IMG/VR virus record: IMGVR_UViG_3300030098_007301
Coordinates: 99,966-163,965 of that record
Reading direction: 5' to 3' (one strand)
Source of the DNA: a virus
DNA length: 64,000 nt
In this document: one piece after another, positions 37,656 to 44,935 of the stretch
Layout: every line of letters starts with the position of its first letter
Position numbering within the stretch: the first letter of the stretch is position 1
The notes under the pieces: model-generated
Told to the model about the DNA's origin: nothing
Database searches by the model: none
The model's input: the letters and a program-made list of their open reading frames with translations, nothing else
Translations under genes and position numbers: made by a program

Positions 37656-38138
37656 ATGAAAAAAATAATAATAACACTTTGCTTGGTTCCGGTTGCCTTA
37701 CAACTTTTTTTAATCGCTAACTCTGTTTATGCTTACGCTCACACACACAACAACAAAAGCCTCACCCGTGAGGAAAAAATCGTTGCCATCACTATACTGG
37801 CAGAAGCCAGAGGGGAAGGGGAAAAAGGAATGTATGCGGTGGGTGCTGTCATTGCTCAACGAGCATTTGAAAGAAAACAAACGCCCACAGAGGTATGCCT
37901 TAAAAAATGGCAATTTAGTTGTTGGAACGGCAAAAGATTAAAAGACCTTGAGCATTTGTTGAAAGTGCCACAGGCAAAATACGCCATCACCGTTGCAAAG
38001 AATGTGAAAACTTTAAGCCGCGAATATGTTGGATATGCTAACCACTATCATGCAACTTGGATGAAAAAACTACCTTACTGGGCCAAAGGTCAAAAGCCCG
38101 TCAAGGTTATAGGTCAACACGCTTTTTACAAACTATGA
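37656..38138 (+). CDS. SleB/Hydrolase_2 family cell wall hydrolase with N-terminal signal/anchor
   Basis: TILAEARGEG..GM.AV..VI..R, QFSCWN, HYHA, PYWA and IG.HAFY motifs. Confidence 0.85.
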   Translation: MKKIIITLCLVPVALQLFLIANSVYAYAHTHNNKSLTREEKIVAITILAEARGEGEKGMYAVGAVIAQRAFERKQTPTEVCLKKWQFSCWNGKRLKDLEHLLKVPQAKYAITVAKNVKTLSREYVGYANHYHATWMKKLPYWAKGQKPVKVIGQHAFYKL

Positions 38139-38320
38139 AAACCTTTAATCCATTTGATAAGCCAGAACTCCGTGAAAAATTTCAGCTAAAGCCTCGTGCC
38201 GTTGACACTATGGGAACCTTTGCTATGCCTGAGATTTTTAACTGGGACAAAAAAATCGGTGCGCCATTCTCCAATAAATCAAAATCAACCAACAGGCAAA
38301 AACCAAGAAAAAGAAAATGA
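38135..38320 (+). CDS. Small basic protein
   Basis: ATGA-coupled; ends KSTNRQKPRKRK. Confidence 0.5.
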   Translation: MKTFNPFDKPELREKFQLKPRAVDTMGTFAMPEIFNWDKKIGAPFSNKSKSTNRQKPRKRK

Positions 38321-38481
38321 AACAAAAAGCTAAAAATAGAAAACGGAAATTTACCACAGCAACCCAAAAGAAAAAGATTTATATGGATGCTAATTGCGAA
38401 ATCCCTGTCTCGGCGACCTACTTCGGCCCGCATACCCTAAAAGGACTCGGAAGGAAAAACTACGAAGGAGGGAATTACTAG
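38317..38481 (+). CDS. 54-aa basic mini-protein (not in ORF track)
   Basis: ATGA-coupled MKQKAKNRKRKF... Confidence 0.45.
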   Translation: MKQKAKNRKRKFTTATQKKKIYMDANCEIPVSATYFGPHTLKGLGRKNYEGGNY

Positions 38482-38483
38482 AA

Positions 38484-38630
38484 ATGAGCAGCAAGCCAAC
38501 TGGAGGCATGGGAGAGGGTAGTAGCTCCTGCATGGTTACTACAAAATGGACAACGGCAACGCGGCCAGCTTATAAAGGCAAACATCGAAAAGCAAAAGCT
38601 ACTAATCGACAAAAGCCAAAAAAGAGATAA
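38484..38630 (+). CDS. 48-aa basic mini-protein
   Basis: Starts 2 nt after the previous stop; ends KATNRQKPKKR. Confidence 0.45.
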   Translation: MSSKPTGGMGEGSSSCMVTTKWTTATRPAYKGKHRKAKATNRQKPKKR

Positions 38631-38703
38631 TTTTAACAAGGTATATAGTGTGCGGCAATGGGGAAAGCCGTCTTGTTATAAAAGACCCCAACTCTCATAA
38701 CAC

Positions 38704-38744
38704 CGCCCCGTCGAGACCTCGCATGCTCGGCGGGGCAATTTTTT
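38704..38744 (+). terminator. Intrinsic terminator
   Basis: GCCCCGTCGAG...CTCGGCGGGGC then T-run. Confidence 0.7.
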
Positions 38745-38781
38745 AATGTCAAGAAAAAAAGAATAAGTTTTTTCTATGTCG

Positions 38782-38858
38782 TAAGTTACTGAGTATCAAG
38801 GACTTAGGGCCTCGGCGCCCTGCGCGCAAGCGCTAAGTCACTGAATACCAATGACTTA
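38782..38858. repeat. Paired palindrome element 3
   Basis: TAAGTTACTGAGTATCAAGGACTTA-27-TAAGTCACTGAATACCAATGACTTA. Confidence 0.9.
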
Positions 38859-38949
38859 CGTTTTTAAAAGTGTTGTTTTTCAATAGGTTTTCATGCCAAG
38901 TTGGCGTAAAAATTAAAAATAAAAAAAATAAAAAAGTGAGTTTTTTCTG

Positions 38950-38977
38950 TTGACTTTTTCTGAGATTGTGATATGCT
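38950..38977 (+). promoter_or_regulatory. Early sigma70-type promoter
   Basis: TTGACT-16-TATGCT-10 nt-ATG. Confidence 0.7.
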
Positions 38978-38987
38978 CATTTCTGTT

Positions 38988-39167
38988 ATGAGAGATATGA
39001 TTACTTGTGAGGAGGTTTTCGGTTTGAACGCGGACGCTGTGGCTGCCCACGGCGAGGACGCATGGGTCGCCGGTGTGACCGTTGCCAACGGTTTCGATGG
39101 CGTCGAGGACGAGGCCGATGATCGGTGCTGGTGTAAGTTTTTTGAGTCATGCGCGGAATGCGCTTGA
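38988..39167 (+). CDS. Early acidic mini-protein with TCEEVFGLNA motif and C-terminal Cys cluster
   Basis: MRDMITCEEVF...CWC....CAEC. Confidence 0.7.
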   Translation: MRDMITCEEVFGLNADAVAAHGEDAWVAGVTVANGFDGVEDEADDRCWCKFFESCAECA

Positions 39168-39191
39168 CTTTTTTTTAAATTCTGGTAGACT
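39164..39191 (+). promoter_or_regulatory. Early sigma70-type promoter
   Basis: TTGACT-16-TAGACT-9 nt-ATG. Confidence 0.7.
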
Positions 39192-39200
39192 TTTTTTGTT

Positions 39201-39470
39201 ATGAGAGATATGTTTGATAATATGTACACGGTTCGGATCGCCAACTCTGGCGATGAGGCTGGTTTCCCGCGTTCTCACGATGGTCTGGAAAAGGCCATCA
39301 TGTTGGCCTCGCGTGAGGGTACTGAGGTCACCTTTGATGGTGATGTCGTGTGGCCGGAGGAGGAGCCGGATATGGATGAGTCCATGGACGGGGATTTTGA
39401 TTCCGCGATGGCCAGTGCCGGTTTCGGCACGGATGAGGATTACGGCTGCTACGGTGGCGATGAGTGGTAA
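39201..39470 (+). CDS. Highly acidic early protein
   Basis: MRD start; DESMDGDFDSAMASAGFGTDEDYG tail. Confidence 0.75.
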   Translation: MRDMFDNMYTVRIANSGDEAGFPRSHDGLEKAIMLASREGTEVTFDGDVVWPEEEPDMDESMDGDFDSAMASAGFGTDEDYGCYGGDEW

Positions 39471-39488
39471 AAAACTCATTTTTTTTTG

Positions 39489-39516
39489 TTGACTTTTTTT
39501 CTGATTCTGTTACTCT
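39489..39516 (+). promoter_or_regulatory. Early sigma70-type promoter
   Basis: TTGACT-16-TACTCT-10 nt-ATG. Confidence 0.6.
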
Positions 39517-39526
39517 TTTTTCTGTT

Positions 39527-39721
39527 ATGGGAATTATGAAATCATTATTCATGGAACTCTCCTGCGAGGAGGAGTTTGAGTTGAACGCGTGGTGTGATGA
39601 GCGTCGCGAGGCGGACATTGCCGCGCAGGACGCGGACATGGTCGCGGAGGAGATGGCCCGCCAGTCCGACGCGCTGATCGCCGAGGACGCCGCCCTCGAC
39701 CTGCTGATCGCCGCCGGTTAA
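39527..39721 (+). CDS. Early acidic mini-protein with SCEEEFELNA motif
   Basis: GTTATG start 10 nt after the -10 box. Confidence 0.7.
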   Translation: MGIMKSLFMELSCEEEFELNAWCDERREADIAAQDADMVAEEMARQSDALIAEDAALDLLIAAG

Positions 39722-39740
39722 TCAAAAACCGTGCCAAGTC

Positions 39741-39764
39741 ACCCCGCCAAGGCGGGGTTTTTTT
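39741..39764 (+). terminator. Intrinsic terminator
   Basis: ACCCCGCC-AA-GGCGGGGT then T-run. Confidence 0.75.
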
Positions 39765-39793
39765 ATTTTTTATTTTTTAGGATTTTGAAGTCG

Positions 39794-39869
39794 TAAGTCG
39801 TTGATAGTCAAGGACTTAGGGCCGCGGGCCTACCCCACCGTGCGTAAGTGACTGATAGTCAATGACTTA
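39794..39869. repeat. Paired palindrome element 4
   Basis: TAAGTCGTTGATAGTCAAGGACTTA-26-TAAGTGACTGATAGTCAATGACTTA. Confidence 0.9.
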
Positions 39870-39969
39870 CGTGTTTTTTTATTAATTTTTTTAAAAAAAT
39901 AATTTTAGAAAATTTTCAGAATATATTAAGAAGTTATTATTTATTATTTATTTAATCCTTATTTACTTC

Positions 39970-40149
39970 TTATTTAATCAGAATAAAATCAGAAATTTCT
40001 GTTACATGAATTCTTTTTTTCTTACACTTATCGCATGAGCCTTTACGCCATGTACCGCATCTAATAGTTATTTGAGGATCGCGGCTTTCTTTTTTCGCTG
40101 ATCTTATTTCTTTGCGTTGGGCTTTTGTCCCGCACTCATAACAAATCAT
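39970..40149 (-). CDS. 59-aa zinc-finger mini-protein (not in ORF track)
   Basis: MICYECG...CDKCKK; ATGA-coupled to 40146..40361. Confidence 0.55.
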   Translation of the reverse strand: MICYECGTKAQRKEIRSAKKESRDPQITIRCGTWRKGSCDKCKKKRIHVTEISDFILIK

Positions 40150-40361
40150 GAGAATATTTGATTAACTTGCGATTCTAATTTTTTAATATGAGAAATTACC
40201 TCAACCTTGCCAGCGTGGTTCTTTTTCCAGCGGCGAAAGTCTCTTTTGATTTCCTGCTTCAAGCCGCGAACAATTATTTCGCGAGTCTTGACCGCATCAA
40301 GTTTAATGCTGCGGGTTGCCTTTCTTTTCTCTGCCTTTCTTTGGGCGTGCTTAGTTTTCAT
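40146..40361 (-). CDS. Basic small protein
   Basis: 71 aa ORF, ATG in AT-rich context. Confidence 0.55.
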   Translation of the reverse strand: MKTKHAQRKAEKRKATRSIKLDAVKTREIIVRGLKQEIKRDFRRWKKNHAGKVEVISHIKKLESQVNQIFS

Positions 40362-40374
40362 TGTTATAAATTAA

Positions 40375-40710
40375 AAATGGTGGTTGGATTATTTGTATAC
40401 CAACACCTTTTCAGTTCCCGAGAAACAAAGTTTCTTATCAACCTACTTCGGACTCACCCACGTTTTCGCGCTGCCACTTGGCCGTTGTTACTTCCGCAGG
40501 TGCTACGTTACCCCCTTGGGAGGGATTATTCCGTCACACCGCCTCTCCCCGTCGAGAGAGGAAATTATTGAGTTGCTGCCGCACCACCAGCAGTAAAACG
40601 GGCGCGAGACAATCATGATCAAAAAACTCGCAGGGGTCTTTAACTCCGTCAACTCAAATTTTCAAAAAGCGTCTGGGTTGTTTTAAGTCAGCCCAGTCTG
40701 ACCCCCTTTT
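40375..40710. ncRNA. Candidate structured non-coding RNA
   Basis: About 440-nt intergenic gap with at least six stems, some nested; family not recognised. Confidence 0.3.
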
Positions 40711-40807
40711 TACTATGAAAGAAGAAACATAACATTGTTAGCTAACCTCCACTAACAGGGCACAAGATGAACACATACAAATAAATCCCCCGAAGGGAAA
40801 AGTTATC

Positions 40808-41077
40808 TTACTGCACTTGGGCAGCAGCGTCAACTACTTTTTTCGTCAACTGCGAATCTTGTAGTTTTTCGATAATCGTGTTAAGCATTACGCGCTGCTT
40901 GGCAACGGTTAGCTTGGTTTGATTAACGTTGAGATCCTCGGCCAACTCAACAAAGCCTAAAGCATCATTAATTTGCCTCAGTTCTGTGATAGCCTTGCTG
41001 CGAGTATCTTCGCGACGTTGAATCTCTGCTCTCCCCGCCTTCGTGCGGGCCTGTAGGTAATGCGCTGGAATATCCAT
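40808..41077 (-). CDS. Early helical protein
   Basis: Start MDIPAHY, 10 nt after the -10 box. Confidence 0.7.
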   Translation of the reverse strand: MDIPAHYLQARTKAGRAEIQRREDTRSKAITELRQINDALGFVELAEDLNVNQTKLTVAKQRVMLNTIIEKLQDSQLTKKVVDAAAQVQ

Positions 41078-41087
41078 CACTTGAAAT

Positions 41088-41116
41088 AGTATAGAACAGT
41101 CGGGGTACGCTGTCAA
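41088..41116 (-). promoter_or_regulatory. Early sigma70-type promoter
   Basis: TTGACA-17-TATACT-10 nt-ATG. Confidence 0.8.
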
Positions 41117-41532
41117 GCGTAATAAATGTTCATTGTCCCGTCTGCTGCTTTTTTGCAGACAACCCGTGCCGCTTTATGCAACGGCGTGCCCTTGTGGTAA
41201 TCCACAAACGTCTCAACCTTGTAGGGGTTGTAAAAGGCCTGTGCGAACTTGTATCCGCGCGGAAAATACTGAGCCTTATCAAAATTGACATCAGTAAACT
41301 TGCCGACCACATAAGCGTGGACGTTCTTCTGCTTCTCCTTCAGAACCCTTGCACGGCCTGCTGGCTGCACCCGAAACTTGCAATCGCGCAAGTCAACGCT
41401 GTCCGCATGACAATATAACTTGCCATCCTGTGCATCGCATATAGTCCAACACTTGTAAGTGAGGTTGCGATACACCTTGACGCGATCTGGAGCGATGCTC
41501 GGTGCGTCTTCCCATGAAATGTACTTCCTCAT
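41113..41532 (-). CDS. Conserved phage hypothetical protein
   Basis: VKVYRNL...F.V..AGR.RVLKEKQKNVHAYV.G...YNPYK...F pattern seen in many phages. Confidence 0.75.
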   Translation of the reverse strand: MRKYISWEDAPSIAPDRVKVYRNLTYKCWTICDAQDGKLYCHADSVDLRDCKFRVQPAGRARVLKEKQKNVHAYVVGKFTDVNFDKAQYFPRGYKFAQAFYNPYKVETFVDYHKGTPLHKAARVVCKKAADGTMNIYYA

Positions 41533-41542
41533 AACGGAGATA

Positions 41543-41571
41543 ATTAAATCATACTTTTCGCGTATGGTCAA
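41543..41571 (-). promoter_or_regulatory. Early sigma70-type promoter
   Basis: TTGACC-17-TTTAAT-10 nt-ATG. Confidence 0.65.
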
Positions 41572-41596
41572 CCCCTTTTTTTTATTTTTTTTCCTG

Positions 41597-41625
41597 TTGA
41601 CAAGTTACCCCGCATAGTGCATACT
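41597..41625 (+). promoter_or_regulatory. Early sigma70-type promoter (divergent)
   Basis: TTGACA-17-CATACT-10 nt-ATG. Confidence 0.7.
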
Positions 41626-41635
41626 TTTCTTGGTT

Positions 41636-41890
41636 ATGAAAATGAAAGACATTAAAAACGGTTCAATATACTTCAACGTCAAAAAGAATCGCCCTGAGCG
41701 CGTAATATCTAATAACTTTAGTAAGTCGCGAGTCGTAACTGAATACCACAATAGAAATCAGACTGCGGTTCCTGCTAGATATTTGCGTTTAGCTAATAAT
41801 ATCGAAGTAGAAAACTACTTGGATAAAAAAGGAAACTTTATCACTTCTTTCTTTGGGAAATTATTCACCCCGAAGAAGGTGAACGCTTGA
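41636..41890 (+). CDS. Early small protein (SH3-like beta pattern)
   Basis: 84 aa with own promoter. Confidence 0.65.
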   Translation: MKMKDIKNGSIYFNVKKNRPERVISNNFSKSRVVTEYHNRNQTAVPARYLRLANNIEVENYLDKKGNFITSFFGKLFTPKKVNA

Positions 41891-42013
41891 GGGGGTTGAA
41901 TTACCTTTAAGCGTCCCGCTTTGGATTGTTTCGCCTTGGTTCTGCGTTTCCCAAGGTTTTTTTGCCAAAGCGGGAGAATCTCCTGAGACAGTTATACGTC
42001 TCCTCATAACACT

Positions 42014-42041
42014 AACCCGCGGCCTACGCCGCGGGTTTTTT
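42014..42041 (+). terminator. Intrinsic terminator
   Basis: AACCCGCGGC-CTAC-GCCGCGGGTT then T-run. Confidence 0.8.
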
Positions 42042-42047
42042 ATGTCG

Positions 42048-42125
42048 TAAGTGCTTGATGGTCAGTGACTTAAGGGCGCCGCGCCCCCCCGCGCCGGACC
42101 TAAGTCGTTGGTAATCAGTGACTTA
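42048..42125. repeat. Paired palindrome element 5
   Basis: TAAGTGCTTGATGGTCAGTGACTTA-28-TAAGTCGTTGGTAATCAGTGACTTA. Confidence 0.9.
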
Positions 42126-42277
42126 CGTTTTTAAAAAGTCATTTTTTTCGAAAGAATCGTGCCAAGTTCGGACTAAATAAAAAAATATTTTTTTTTAAAT
42201 AATGATGATTTAGGGGTTGCATTACTTCCGAAAGTGTGAGATGATTAATTCGTTCTGAGGAAGAACTAAAAATTGTT

Positions 42278-43171
42278 ATGGCTAGAAATACAAGACCAAC
42301 AAGCGACCAGTTCGACTACAGAGTCGAGCAGTCGCCTCTGTATGACCGGCACGGCAAGCCCGTGAAGGTCGGGGGATCTCCCATTTTTGGGAATTTCCGC
42401 ACAGACAATAATGTCTGCTTGGGTACGTCTACTGAGGCGTACGAGATCGTCAACAACGATTCAGTTGTTGAAGTTGTTGAAGATGCCTTCGGTGCTGCCG
42501 GTATGGGCGACTTCGAGCGCGAAATTGTAGTTGCACGCGATGGTGCGCGTTTCTACGGGGTTTACGACTTCCCGCAAGTCGAACGTCAAGTTGCCAATGT
42601 CGGCGATGTTGTTTCCCTACGTCTAACCCTCAACAACTCCTTCGACCGGAGTTGCGGTTTGAACTGGGCCATCGGGCTGCTCCGCAAGGTTTGCTCCAAT
42701 GGTATGTGTTCGCTGGTGGCCGACACCAACGTCACCAAAAAGCACAGCTCAAAGCTGGATCTGTCCTTCATCAAGGAAGGAATCAACGCATCGGTCGAAA
42801 AGTTCGACGCGTCTATTGAGGCTTTTAAAAACCTCAGCAATCGTGAGATCACCCAAAAAGAGGGCGGTCTTATTCTGGACAACCTCGCCATCAAGAAGGT
42901 GCTTTCCGAGTCGCTTCGGGACTCCATCCAGATGGTCTGGGATTCGCCTTCCTTCGGGGAGGATCAAGGTCGCAACCTGTACAACCTGTACAACGCGACC
43001 ACGGAACACCTCACCCGCGAGGTGCAACCGACTCGGTTTGAGTACGCCAACCGCGTAAACCGCAACGTGCTGACGCACTTGTCGCGGGCGAGACAGGACG
43101 CGAACCACTTCGCCAAGCTGACGCTGCCGACTCCTGAGAAGGAGAAGGCCGCCGAGGTCGTGGCTCTGTAA
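42278..43171 (+). CDS. DUF932 family phage/plasmid protein
   Basis: RTD...LG.....Y.IV.N, L.NSFD.S, R.VCSNG, KH and NLYNLYNA.TE motifs. Confidence 0.8.
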   Translation: MARNTRPTSDQFDYRVEQSPLYDRHGKPVKVGGSPIFGNFRTDNNVCLGTSTEAYEIVNNDSVVEVVEDAFGAAGMGDFEREIVVARDGARFYGVYDFPQVERQVANVGDVVSLRLTLNNSFDRSCGLNWAIGLLRKVCSNGMCSLVADTNVTKKHSSKLDLSFIKEGINASVEKFDASIEAFKNLSNREITQKEGGLILDNLAIKKVLSESLRDSIQMVWDSPSFGEDQGRNLYNLYNATTEHLTREVQPTRFEYANRVNRNVLTHLSRARQDANHFAKLTLPTPEKEKAAEVVAL

Positions 43172-43184
43172 GGGGAACACCTGC

Positions 43185-43216
43185 AACCCCCGCCCGAAAG
43201 GGTGGGGGTTTTTTTT
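43185..43216 (+). terminator. Intrinsic terminator
   Basis: AACCCCCGCCC-GAAA-GGGTGGGGGTT then T-run. Confidence 0.8.
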
Positions 43217-43245
43217 ATCGAAAAAACTTGACAAAAAAAGAGGCC

Positions 43246-43322
43246 TAAGTGACTGACTATCAATGACTTAGGGGGCGCCGGGGTAGGCGCGCGGTCGTAA
43301 GTGCTTGGTATTCAATGACTTA
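43246..43322. repeat. Paired palindrome element 6
   Basis: TAAGTGACTGACTATCAATGACTTA-27-TAAGTGCTTGGTATTCAATGACTTA. Confidence 0.9.
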
Positions 43323-43350
43323 CGACTTGAAAAAACTCAGATTTAAAAAA

Positions 43351-43425
43351 TGGACGCGAGGGTCGGAATCGAACCGACGAATAAGACTTTTGCAGAGTCC
43401 CGCCTTACCACTTGGCTACCCCTCG
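43351..43425 (-). tRNA. tRNA-Cys (GCA)
   Basis: TAGCCAAGTGGTAAGGC D arm, GGACT-CTGCAAA-AGTCT anticodon arm, GTCGG-TTCGATT-CCGAC T arm, U73 and encoded CCA; one acceptor-stem mismatch. Confidence 0.85.
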
Positions 43426-43446
43426 CCGTTATTATTTGATTATTAT

Positions 43447-43668
43447 TTAATCAGACTTATTTGGGTTGGCAAAATTCTGATTATATAAACGCTCACTATT
43501 TGGTAACATATGCCTCCGGTCACATTTCTTACCTAAGACATTTACTTTTCTTTTGCAAAAAGTTAAAAAGCCTTTGCTTATTGCTGGTATCATTCCCTCT
43601 AGGCTCTTTTTAGAAACTCCAAAAGGTTCTTCGGTTTGGTGTGTATCGTTATTATTATCTCGTTGCAT
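43447..43668 (-). CDS. Hypothetical protein
   Basis: 73 aa overlapping the upstream stop. Confidence 0.4.
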   Translation of the reverse strand: MQRDNNNDTHQTEEPFGVSKKSLEGMIPAISKGFLTFCKRKVNVLGKKCDRRHMLPNSERLYNQNFANPNKSD

Positions 43669-44077
43669 CGTAATCTGTTAAATTTTCTGCTGTTATCTTT
43701 CCAAGGTTAAAAAAATCATATTTATTCTGCGTAACCAAAAAGGTCATTGGTTTGAACTCTGCTAATCTTAACTGTGCATACTCTCTGGCGAAGGGCATTA
43801 TGCCGCCCTTGGTTCCTTTATATAATGACAAGTTCCCTTCTTGCTTTATTGCATTAGCTGACATTTCGACTAATGAATCCTGCAATTTTTTTTGGGTAGT
43901 CCAAAAATATCCCAAATAAGGTTTTACATCTTCATTCGACCAAATTAAATCGTCACCCGATGTTGCTTTCCAATTCCAGAATCCCCAGTAGTGGTTAATA
44001 ATTTCATTTTTATCATCACCACGAATTCCGACTGCTATCTTTTTCTCTCCGTCTCTCTGTATAACGTATTCTATCAT
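43655..44077 (-). CDS. Hypothetical protein
   Basis: 140 aa from MIEYVIQ, Trp-rich. Confidence 0.6.
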   Translation of the reverse strand: MIEYVIQRDGEKKIAVGIRGDDKNEIINHYWGFWNWKATSGDDLIWSNEDVKPYLGYFWTTQKKLQDSLVEMSANAIKQEGNLSLYKGTKGGIMPFAREYAQLRLAEFKPMTFLVTQNKYDFFNLGKITAENLTDYDATR

Positions 44078-44148
44078 TCTCTCTCCTGTTGATAAATTAG
44101 CCAAAGACCCAAAGCGATCCCCACGACAAAAATCATTCCCTCCACAGG

Positions 44149-44895
44149 TCAAATCGTAGCTTTTGCATTGTATCCTGTAAAGCCTTTTTTCTTATTCGCG
44201 GAAAGGGCTTTGCTCGCTTCGCTCCCTGCTGGCTGACTGCCATGAATCACCAAAGCGAAATCATCCGAACCAGAGATAGCCAAGTCGTCGGTGTGGTCAA
44301 CGTCCAAGCCGAGAGCCTTTGCCTCATCTGTGGAGAAAAACACCTTTGCGCTTTTAACCATTGTCGAGGGAATTAAATTGTCATACTTTCCACCACGCGA
44401 GCAGGTAAAAACAAAATTCTTTGGCAAGCCGCCGTTTTTCTTAACATAGTCCAGTAAAAACTTGATGCTTTTAGTATAGGAATAAAAAACGATATTCGGA
44501 AAGAAACTCGCCACTTTCATCCATGCGTTGAAATAAAGCTGTGAAAAGTAATCGCCGCCAATGTGGACACGCAACGTGCCTCCCCGCCTCAATCCAGTTT
44601 CTTTTATACTGTTGACTATCAAATCAACAATCTGGCTAATGGTCTTACCCTTTAACAAATCAAAATTATCCCAACGTGTCTTGCGTACATTGGGCCGTCT
44701 GGCTTCGTCCATCGCAGCATAACAGCGAAACGCTTGGCCATCAACCGGCGTTTGTTTGTCGGTGATTTTGCCTGTCTCCCTGTGTGCAAAAGTCAAACAA
44801 CTTTTCGCGCCGGGGCAGGTGTGGCCGCTTGGTAACGAGTAGTGCCAAATGCCCTTGAGCTTGGCGTTTTCAAATGTGAATTTAAGTAGTCCCAT
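44149..44895 (-). CDS. Gene product 88-like (radical-SAM-like Cys motif) protein
   Basis: SLPSGHTCPGA..C...CYA, LRVHIGGDYFS..Y...W and FYSYTKS. Confidence 0.75.
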   Translation of the reverse strand: MGLLKFTFENAKLKGIWHYSLPSGHTCPGAKSCLTFAHRETGKITDKQTPVDGQAFRCYAAMDEARRPNVRKTRWDNFDLLKGKTISQIVDLIVNSIKETGLRRGGTLRVHIGGDYFSQLYFNAWMKVASFFPNIVFYSYTKSIKFLLDYVKKNGGLPKNFVFTCSRGGKYDNLIPSTMVKSAKVFFSTDEAKALGLDVDHTDDLAISGSDDFALVIHGSQPAGSEASKALSANKKKGFTGYNAKATI

Positions 44896-44906
44896 AACTG
44901 AAAAAA

Positions 44907-44935
44907 ATAATACTTTGTTTAATGGTTCAGGTCAA
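44907..44935 (-). promoter_or_regulatory. Early sigma70-type promoter
   Basis: TTGACC-17-TATTAT-11 nt-ATG. Confidence 0.65.

Noticed and set aside
40135-40143. Another CTCATAACA motif
   Set aside because: It is on the non-transcribed strand of a minus-strand zinc-finger ORF (codons C-Y-E) and not before a terminator
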